Shown: positions 56,557-64,000 of the stretch, in pieces | Layout of the letters: each line of letters begins with the position of its first letter | How positions within the stretch are numbered: the first letter of the stretch is position 1 | NCBI GenBank assembly: GCA_963837955.1 | Contig: CAWIPH010000002.1 | Coordinates: 2,880,001-2,944,000, forward strand | DNA from: an uncultured Verrucomicrobiae bacterium | GTDB lineage: Bacteria; Verrucomicrobiota; Verrucomicrobiia; Chthoniobacterales; JAFAMB01 | Reading direction: 5' to 3' | Length of the DNA: 64,000 nt | The notes under the pieces: model-generated | The model's input: the letters and a program-made list of their open reading frames with translations, nothing else | Database searches by the model: none | What the model was told of the DNA's origin: nothing | Translations under genes and position numbers: made by a program

Positions 56557-58377
56557 TCAAAAACCGAAGTGCTTAATCACCTTATCAATAATGCCGCCAG
56601 CAGACGGATGTCCCGAAGGTTGCCTGTTATGATGCTGTCGAGGCCGTTCCTGGTTCGAACCGGAGGGCTGACTTGCTACGTCAGTCTTCGTTGGCCGCCA
56701 AACGGTCACGGTCCCATCCGGGGCTGTCGTCGTCAGTGTGAAATTGTTGCCGCTCACATCGAGCTGGTAGATGAGCTCAATCGATTGCTGCGTCGATGGA
56801 AAGTATTCACTGATTTTGCCGGCGCCGGCTGTATAAGTGCCTTCAGCGTTGACAGTCCCCGACAAGGTATAACTTCCGTCATCTTTGAGGTCCCATTTCT
56901 CAGTCCAGCCGGTACCTTTATGTTTTCCTTCCCAAGCTCCAATTAGCCTCGGGTCGACAACCGAAGCGACGACCGGTGAAGGATTAGGGTTAGGGACCGG
57001 TGTAATGAGGCTAGTGTCGATCGGTGGAGTTGGCGTCGGTTGCACTTTCACCACCGGACCGAGATGTACGGTCTGAAGCGGCTGGGTCGGTGCCGGCGTC
57101 GGAGTAGGAATCTGCTCGACGATCGGTTTGTTGACGCCAATCGTTGGCCGTTGATCTGGGGTAGGATTAGTATCAATCGGCTTCACCTCACTAAGGTGAT
57201 TCTGACCGTTCCCATCGTTAACGACCAAGTCGTTGTGTTGGTTGTTCGGGGCCGGTTTCGGGGCGGCGACAAACCAGATGGCGATCCCAATGCCGACGAG
57301 CGCAGCAGCGCTACCGGCGATTCGGGCCGGGTATTGGTGCGCGTACTTCGAAACTATTTTTAGATAGTCCACCTTCCCTGGCCCGACTTGGCTTACTTCA
57401 GGTGGTGTCATTTGATCCACCTTTGGAGCCGTTACCTGGTTGATCTCCGGTGGCTTCGCCCGGGACACCTTCGGTTCCGAGGCTAACTGCGGCACCGAAT
57501 TGGAATCCAACATCTTGCGCCATTGCTCGACATTCTGCGGCCGATCCGATTCCTTTACGCTGAGCGCCCGGTCGACCGCCTGCAAGAATTCGACGTCATA
57601 GCGATCTGCATAGTTTGGCGCCAACGTTTCGCATGGATCGTTTCCCATCAATCGAGCTGCTGCTTCCGGTGGCCGGTTACCCGTGATCGACCTGTACATG
57701 ACCGCGCCGAGCGCGTAGGTATCGCTCCACGGACCCTGGTTGCCGGCTTCATGATATTGTTCAAAGGGTGCATATCCGGGGGTGATGATTGCCGTTAACA
57801 TCCGGCTCCGGCTGCTGATCGACTGACGCGCGCTACCAAAATCCAACAGCACGGGACGTCCATCCGTAGTCAGATAAATGTTTTCCGGTTTGATATCACG
57901 GTGCAGAAAGCCGGTCTGATGGACTCTCTCCAGCCCTGATAGCAAGGGTAACAGGATCCCGCGCAACTCGTCTTGGGACGGCGGGCGACCCAATTGGCGA
58001 AGCCAGTGCTCTAGGTCCTGACCTTCCTCGTACTTGGTTACCATGTAGGCCGTGCCGTTCGCCTCGAGCATTTCGTAGACATCAACCACGTTGGGATGTG
58101 AACAGGCCGCTAATACTCGGCCCTCCTCCAGAAAACGCGTTCGTGCCCATTCGAGACTATCCTTGTCGCTCTGAGTTTTCGCGACAACGGTGGTACCGTC
58201 CAACCGGGTAGCAAAGTCGTTGGGTAGCAGCTCCTTGATTGCTACCTTTCGTTCCAGCGAGGTGTCTTCCGCAAGATAGGTGATACCGAAGCCGCCCGAG
58301 CCGAGTACTGCCTCAAAGCGATATTTCCCGAGTAGATGGCCGGCCTGAAGCGCGAGCAGATGTTGTTCAGTTTTCAT
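56557..58377 (-). CDS. Hanks-type Ser/Thr protein kinase with TM helix, Pro-rich linker and extracytoplasmic domain
   Basis: LGSGGFGITY, VAIKE, HRDIKPEN, DFG and GYAPFEQ motifs. Confidence 0.93.
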   Translation of the reverse strand: MKTEQHLLALQAGHLLGKYRFEAVLGSGGFGITYLAEDTSLERKVAIKELLPNDFATRLDGTTVVAKTQSDKDSLEWARTRFLEEGRVLAACSHPNVVDVYEMLEANGTAYMVTKYEEGQDLEHWLRQLGRPPSQDELRGILLPLLSGLERVHQTGFLHRDIKPENIYLTTDGRPVLLDFGSARQSISSRSRMLTAIITPGYAPFEQYHEAGNQGPWSDTYALGAVMYRSITGNRPPEAAARLMGNDPCETLAPNYADRYDVEFLQAVDRALSVKESDRPQNVEQWRKMLDSNSVPQLASEPKVSRAKPPEINQVTAPKVDQMTPPEVSQVGPGKVDYLKIVSKYAHQYPARIAGSAAALVGIGIAIWFVAAPKPAPNNQHNDLVVNDGNGQNHLSEVKPIDTNPTPDQRPTIGVNKPIVEQIPTPTPAPTQPLQTVHLGPVVKVQPTPTPPIDTSLITPVPNPNPSPVVASVVDPRLIGAWEGKHKGTGWTEKWDLKDDGSYTLSGTVNAEGTYTAGAGKISEYFPSTQQSIELIYQLDVSGNNFTLTTTAPDGTVTVWRPTKTDVASQPSGSNQERPRQHHNRQPSGHPSAGGIIDKVIKHFGF

Positions 58378-58714
58378 ATTCCTTCCGATGCCCCGACACG
58401 GGTTCGGCATTTGTCAGCGCCGAAAGGTGTCTCGGTAAATCGGTTTGCCCTGTTCTTGAGCAAAGTTCTTGCGATGTGACCCAGATTGCTCCGGTCCTGC
58501 GTTGCCGAGTGCGTGCGACAGTTCACCTAATTAGGAGATGCCGAGAAGCGCGGAAACATACTTGGAGAATGAACAGAGTCTTGCGGCTGCCCGCGTAGCC
58601 CTAGCGCGAATATTTCTTAAATGCGCGAATTGGCGCGAATCCAGCATTCAAGCACGGGCTTGGGAACTTTGGTGGCGAACCTGGTCGCATCGAAGATCGA
58701 AATCGTGATCATTT

Positions 58715-58802
58715 CCATCGTCCCTTTCGGGACGTATCCGTCTTAATCAACTTTACCCAGCACTAAAGTACTAAGCTACTTTCACCGATTCCCTCCGGGA
58801 CT
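58715..58802. repeat. Palindromic intergenic repeat (REP-like)
   Basis: CGTCCC-TTTC-GGGACG hairpin, a related TCCC-TCC-GGGA hairpin and an internal AGCACT-AA-AGTACT near-palindrome. Confidence 0.4.
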
Positions 58803-58891
58803 TGGTGCATCCCCTAATCGCTCTACTAAGTGAGAAACCGGCCGCCAATCGCATCAGCGGCCTGGATTGGTCCGCCGGACTTGGAGTGGAG

Positions 58892-59932
58892 CTAGCCACC
58901 CATCGAACATTGCAACAGAAGGAAGATCGCGCCTCCTAACACGACGACGCCGACGGTCACAGCGAGCGCAATGGTTATCGTTCTCCGAATATCGTTCTTT
59001 TCGTCGCGCTTCTCTTTCCAAGGGTCCAACTTTCTCCCTGACGAGGGCAATAACGCCTTACGCCATTCCGCGATATTCTGGGGTCGGTCCTTCCCCTCAA
59101 ATCTCAACGCCCAATCGACAGCCTCCAAAAATTTGGTCGAATACTCCTGGTTGCGGAGCCGTTTCTGTAGCGGAACGACCCGGTCATTATGCAGCCGGTC
59201 GGGTGCATTCGGAAAACTCTGCTCGGCCAACATGGCAAAAAAGAGCGTCACCCCGAGCGCGTAAATATCGGTATACGGTCCTTGCGGTAAAATGTGACCA
59301 TACTGTTCGATGGCGCCAAAAGGCGGCGTTAGGATCTGCTCGACTGGCCGGCTTCGACTCACGACGAGCTGGCGAGCGGCGCCAAAGTCCAGAAGCAACG
59401 GTTTGTGCCCCCGCGTTAAGTAGATATTCGAGGGCTTGATATCGCGATGCAAATACTTCAGATCATGCACCGCTTCGAGACCGTCGAGCAACGGCAGCAA
59501 AAGATTCCTTAGCTCGTTCTCATTCAAGCGGCCAGGTTTCTGGATTTCCAGATGCCGGCGAAGATCGTAGCCATCTTCGTACTCCATTACCATGTAGCCG
59601 GTGTTATTGGCTTCGAAGTAATCGAGTACTTTCACCACGTTTTCGTGCCTCACCCGGGCAAGAATTTCAGCTTCACGCCGAAACATCCTTTTGGCGTCAT
59701 TAAATATCGATTCCTGGGCGTCACTTTGGGCGATCACTTCATCCTGTCCGCGGCGCACGGTAAAATCGGATGGGAACAATTCCTTGATCGCCACGCGACG
59801 GTTCCGTCCATTCTCCCACGCAGAGTAGGTGATCCCAAATGCGCCGGGGCTACCGAGGACTTGCTCGAACTGATAAACGTCCAAAGTATAACCGGCCGGC
59901 AGCGGCTTGTGCGAGTAGTTGAAGTATTTCAT
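58892..59932 (-). CDS. Hanks-type Ser/Thr protein kinase, C-terminal membrane anchor
   Basis: LGSPGAFGITY, VAIKE, HRDIKPSN and DFGAAR motifs; C-terminal TM helix. Confidence 0.92.
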   Translation of the reverse strand: MKYFNYSHKPLPAGYTLDVYQFEQVLGSPGAFGITYSAWENGRNRRVAIKELFPSDFTVRRGQDEVIAQSDAQESIFNDAKRMFRREAEILARVRHENVVKVLDYFEANNTGYMVMEYEDGYDLRRHLEIQKPGRLNENELRNLLLPLLDGLEAVHDLKYLHRDIKPSNIYLTRGHKPLLLDFGAARQLVVSRSRPVEQILTPPFGAIEQYGHILPQGPYTDIYALGVTLFFAMLAEQSFPNAPDRLHNDRVVPLQKRLRNQEYSTKFLEAVDWALRFEGKDRPQNIAEWRKALLPSSGRKLDPWKEKRDEKNDIRRTITIALAVTVGVVVLGGAIFLLLQCSMGG

Positions 59933-60053
59933 CGCTGGGGCGCACAGCCGTTTAGTCAACCGGTCTACATTCGGTGTTTCGCGTTTCCTGGCCCAGCCAC
60001 CCGACTAAACGAATTGCCGTAAGCGATCAAATGACCTGGCCACACTAAAGCGG

Positions 60054-61512
60054 TCATACCTGTTTGAAGTCGAGCTTCACTTCCCCTAAGGTGATCGTGT
60101 CGCCGACTCTCAATGGCATTTCGACGAATGGCTTGCGGCTGAACTGTCCGTTGACGGCCGTTCCGTTGGAAGAGTTGCGATCAGCGACCGTGAACCCGGA
60201 GTTTGTTCTCCTGATATGCGCGTGCTGCCGTGAAATCGCGCCATCATTTACGACGAGGTGACAGACGTTGCTCGCGCGCCCAAGCACTAACTTGTCGCCA
60301 CTGTTCGCGAACATACCGCCGGTAATATCGAGCTTTAAACTCTCGCCCGCTGGTGTTCGTCCGACCAATTGCCAATTGCCCGTTGACGGTTGGGGAACAG
60401 GAACCGATCGCAACACCGATGAACGCAAGGAGACCCCTCGCTTCTTCAGCTCGTCCAGCAGATAAGTCACTCCTTCGCGAGGTCTCTTTCCTGATCGGAT
60501 CAGTGCGATGGTCATACCAGCGATAGCCAAAGCAATCGCGGCTGCCGTACCTATAATAAGCGCCTTGGGGTCAAAAACCGGTGGGGTCCACGCTTTGTCC
60601 GTGAAGGTACATTCAGTGATTCCATTTGCTTGGAGAAACTTCTGCACTTCGCTGGTCGCGGCAGTCGACTCAACGTCTTCTGCCTCTTTGTCGACAAACG
60701 AGTGTCCGACCACGCCGAGGACTTGGCCTCCACCATTAAGCAAAGGGCCGCCGCTATTGCCATGTCGAATGTTACAACTATGCTCGATTACTCGGATTTG
60801 GCCTGTGGCGCCAGCCGTGTAACCCGGCACGTCAGTAATTTTCTCGACTTTTCCGTTGGAAACGGTCGGCACGATGAAGCCCTCCCAGGTCGCGTTGCTC
60901 TTTATCAAGTCCGTAACATCAACGCCAGCCTGCATGCTTGCTTCGCTATTCACCGCCTTCTCCAAAATTGCCGCGAAAAAGGGACCAAATGTATCTCCCG
61001 GATCGGCAATTCCGGGAAAGCCTGCGCTGTAGACCTCGTCAGTCTCATGCGGTGGTGGGAGCAATAACTGAAACGGAGTCGCTTTGAGCCCGGTACAACG
61101 GATGACAGCCAAGTCCGCATTAGGCTGCTGAGCTACAAAGACGCCCTGGTACATAAGCACCTGGTTTCCCTTCTTTTGGAGCACAATATAGTTGTACGGG
61201 TGATCGGCACTATTTGCGGTCGATGCGATCACATGATTATTCGTTACAATCAGACCGTTATTACTAACAACAAAACCAGTTCCGCTGCTTATGTGTACTT
61301 GCCTCTGGGCGGGCTTGCTCGGCTGACTCGGCTTAGCCGGTGTGCTCGGCTTAGAGCCTTCATTAGCCGCAGGGGCGTTGACGATAACCATAGGAATAGA
61401 TTCTAACGACTGATTTCAGTTGGTCGTCAGGGATTTGGGCGCCGTAGATTACCGCCGGCGCAAAGATGTAGATCGACAGACCGATTAAGACTCTTGCGAT
61501 AATAGTTCTCAT
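60054..61512 (-). CDS. Trypsin-like serine protease - TM - FHA protein, with an apparent +1 frameshift after the signal peptide
   Basis: SGTGF, TNNHV, DLAVI and GNSGGP triad; FHA motifs GR..ISRQHA..SSNGT. The signal-peptide ORF at ATG 61512 (GAGGTG RBS) is out of frame with the 61391 ORF. Confidence 0.85.
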
Positions 61513-61602
61513 ATCACCTCTTCAATGGTGTGAATTGTTTATCAGTTGGGTTGTACTTAGCGATTACTTACTGGCTGCTGTCATCAACGGTCTTACCGGT
61601 TC

Positions 61603-62382
61603 TTACACGGTTGTGACAGAGTTCCGAATGACCGTCACCGTGGCATTGTCCTGCTGTTGTCTCTGCGCTTGGTTAACTGTGTCCAAAAGAGCATCAACGA
61701 TTTCTTCGGCCGTCTTGTTTGCGTTGAGCTGGACGGTTGAAGTTAAGACCTCTGGCTGCGTCGATTCCAAGCCATCGCTAGCAACAACGACAAGGTCGTC
61801 TGCCTCTAACTTGAATGGGAGATGGCGCAGTTCGTAGAGTTCAAGCGGATCGACCGCGATGGCCGAGCGCAAGATACCGCGATCGGGGTGAGTCGCTGCA
61901 TCCTTTGCCGTCATTTCGCCGCGAGCGGCTTTCGCTTCCAGAACAGGCGCCATAGAATGATTGGCGTTGAGTCGCCGGAAGCTTTTGTCCCGATACAGGT
62001 AGAGTCCGGAATCGCCCACACTCACCCAATACAGCAGGCCGGGTCTCCAGAGCACGCCGACCAGGGTTGAACCCATCTGGTTAAGGCTTTCATCTCGGCG
62101 AGCGATTTCCTCCCGCAACCGGCGTTCACTCGCCCTCAGCGAACCTAAAAGGCGAGACGGAATCGATCCCCGAGCAAAGCAAAAGTGTTCAACGAAGGCG
62201 TCGACTACCAGCCGGCTGGCCAGGGAGCCACCGGCATAGCCGCCCATGCCATCCGCCAAAACTAACAGCAAACCATCTAAGCCGTCGGGATCGACAGTTA
62301 GAGGACAGAAACTGTAGTAATCATCCTGTGTCTTGCGCGTGCCCTTCACCTGCCGGCCCGCAAAATCCAGTTCAGGCGTCAT
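61603..62382 (-). CDS. PP2C-family Ser/Thr protein phosphatase
   Basis: LADGMGG, SVGDS, ASDGL and DNAT motifs. Confidence 0.93.
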   Translation of the reverse strand: MTPELDFAGRQVKGTRKTQDDYYSFCPLTVDPDGLDGLLLVLADGMGGYAGGSLASRLVVDAFVEHFCFARGSIPSRLLGSLRASERRLREEIARRDESLNQMGSTLVGVLWRPGLLYWVSVGDSGLYLYRDKSFRRLNANHSMAPVLEAKAARGEMTAKDAATHPDRGILRSAIAVDPLELYELRHLPFKLEADDLVVVASDGLESTQPEVLTSTVQLNANKTAEEIVDALLDTVNQAQRQQQDNATVTVIRNSVTTV

Positions 62383-62990
62383 TCTTCGTCCTGCCATTCA
62401 AAATTCTCGCCGCACAGAGCGACTAAGAGCAGATCCGTATCTCCCAGCTGAATGCGATCGCCGGACTTCAGCTCGGTCGGAGCAAGCAAGGCCTCGCCCC
62501 GGACGTAGGTCGGGTTAATCCCGTCACCTAGCGTTAATGAAAATTTTCGCGCCCTCGCGTCGTAGAACAATCTAACGTGTTTGAGGCGGGAGATTTTCTC
62601 GTCTCCAAAATCGAGCCGCACACGCTGGCTAGCGTCGCGTCCGATGTCGTTAAACCCGTAACCAAGTTGCAGGGCATTACCCCGCCCCGGCCCTTTGACC
62701 ACGACGAGCCACCCGACCACCGGATCACTAGCCGTTTCTGCGCTCTTCTCGCCCAACGGATCAAATTTTGCTTCTGGCGTTAATTTTGGGCGGACCAGCT
62801 GTGTCTCTCCCTGATTCTTCTTAGTCTCGTTAGGAAGAGGTGGAGGACCTTTTCTATCTCGACTACGCCCACCGTCCTCGGTGAGTTTTCGAGTTTCATC
62901 CGGATCATTCGCATCCCGGTCGGCCGGCCGCTGCAATCGACTAATAGCGGGCCTGACGACCCGCGTTTTATTTTCGTCACTTTCACTCAT
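62379..62990 (-). CDS. FHA-domain protein with disordered N-terminus
   Basis: PVVGWLVVVKGPGRG..IGR..GDEKISR..H..N FHA pattern. Confidence 0.88.
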   Translation of the reverse strand: MSESDENKTRVVRPAISRLQRPADRDANDPDETRKLTEDGGRSRDRKGPPPLPNETKKNQGETQLVRPKLTPEAKFDPLGEKSAETASDPVVGWLVVVKGPGRGNALQLGYGFNDIGRDASQRVRLDFGDEKISRLKHVRLFYDARARKFSLTLGDGINPTYVRGEALLAPTELKSGDRIQLGDTDLLLVALCGENFEWQDEE

Positions 62991-63063
62991 ATTTATTAAT
63001 CCTTCGATGTAGCTTTCTTGTTATCTTGTTCTGTTGCTATTGTTAGTTGCTATATTCTTGTCG

Positions 63064-63330
63064 TTAGGTGGCTTCTTTGAGCAAATCTCGAACCGTGGCG
63101 GTATAACCCCCGCCAAACCTCACCTGGTCATCGAGCTGGACGTACTCCTGTTTAATCGAGCTCCAGCCATTTTCGCGCCTTACCTCGGTGCCATTGCTAC
63201 TGCCGCAATCCACCAAGTAATACCGGCCGTCGTCGGTAGTTGTTAGCTCAGCGTGGAGACGGCTAATTTCATCATCTCTTGTCTGAAGGATAATGTCGGT
63301 GCCTTTGCGGCCGATAGTGACTATTTTCAT
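63064..63330 (-). CDS. Stand-alone FHA-domain protein
   Basis: TIGR..ISRLHA..DCGSSNGT motifs. Confidence 0.85.
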   Translation of the reverse strand: MKIVTIGRKGTDIILQTRDDEISRLHAELTTTDDGRYYLVDCGSSNGTEVRRENGWSSIKQEYVQLDDQVRFGGGYTATVRDLLKEAT

Positions 63331-63334
63331 AGGA

Positions 63335-64000
63335 TTAAATGGAGTTCTGCTCAATGAATCGCAGGCGTACCTCTCCTAGTTCCACGATGTCTCCATCTTG
63401 GAGCGCCACTTTCTCAATCCGTTTTCCGCGAACAAATACGGAGTTCGAGGAATCCAGATCGGCGATAATAAACTCTTGTCCGCGGCGGATAATTTCGGCG
63501 TGATGCCCGGAAACGCTGTCGTTCTTCATGACGATGTCGTTATCCGGTTTTCGACCGATCCGGATCGCTGACTTACTCAGCGGATACCGAGTCTGTTCGG
63601 AATCCAACGTCTCGAGCCAGGCGGACGGATACTCCTCTTCCTGGAAATTCGGGTGAGTCTCCGGCGTTTCCGCCATATCCGGCGAGATCGGAGTGACAGC
63701 AGCTGGTTTTTTCGTGACCATCCGGAAGAGCCCAACAATGAAGGCAATCAGACCGATCAGCGCGATCGCAGCAACCGTTGCCATGATCGGGTGGCCAAAA
63801 AGCCATGCCTTGGTTAACTTGAAGACCGAATGAGACGGAGATGGTTGCACCGAAGCGGCTTTGGCCGTCGTTGGCGCTGCCACCGGCGGAAGATTTTCAA
63901 CGACGTGCGCAAATGTGTAAGTCCGGTCATACTCAGCCTTGACGGTGAATTGCAGGTTCGCCGGGGAATTCAGGCCTGTGAGGTCGACCTGGGCCATAGC
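63335..64000 (-). CDS. Membrane protein with cytoplasmic FHA domain (probably 5' partial)
   Basis: TM helix, then IGRKPDNDI..VSGHHA..DLDSSN; frame is open to the window edge. Confidence 0.82.
   Translation of the reverse strand, partial: AMAQVDLTGLNSPANLQFTVKAEYDRTYTFAHVVENLPPVAAPTTAKAASVQPSPSHSVFKLTKAWLFGHPIMATVAAIALIGLIAFIVGLFRMVTKKPAAVTPISPDMAETPETHPNFQEEEYPSAWLETLDSEQTRYPLSKSAIRIGRKPDNDIVMKNDSVSGHHAEIIRRGQEFIIADLDSSNSVFVRGKRIEKVALQDGDIVELGEVRLRFIEQNSI

Overview
Bacterial genomic window of moderate-high GC; gene families and intergenic heptamer/nonamer repeats suggest a soil Verrucomicrobiota (Chthoniobacterales-like) genome, which is inference only. Five blocks. (1) 0.5-15.2 kb: an envelope/secreted-protein region with an FGE + sulfatase pair, a two-barrel autotransporter, lipoproteins and a candidate radical-SAM RiPP operon (SnoaL-like protein, Tat-leader Gly-rich W-x-N precursor, SPASM-tailed accessory protein, rSAM/SPASM enzyme). 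Five copies of one 22-bp palindrome, TATTG(G/C)AC-N4-GT(C/G)CAATA, lie upstream of genes in this block. (2) 15.3-21.4 kb: TetR/DoxX/azoreductase, an 89-bp REP-type tandem array, a TonB-dependent receptor and an AraC regulator. (3) 21449-34045: a 12.6-kb composite element bounded by 38-bp Tn3-family IRs and a TATAG target duplication, inserted between the AraC gene and a VOC gene. (4) 34.9-56.5 kb: a putative sigma54-driven N-heterocycle/nucleoside uptake and catabolism island with a 32 x 9-bp VNTR between divergent promoters. (5) 56.6-64 kb: a Ser/Thr kinase, PP2C, FHA and trypsin-FHA signalling cluster. Several genes carry single-base lesions that may be real or sequencing errors. No rRNA, tRNA or CRISPR array was seen.
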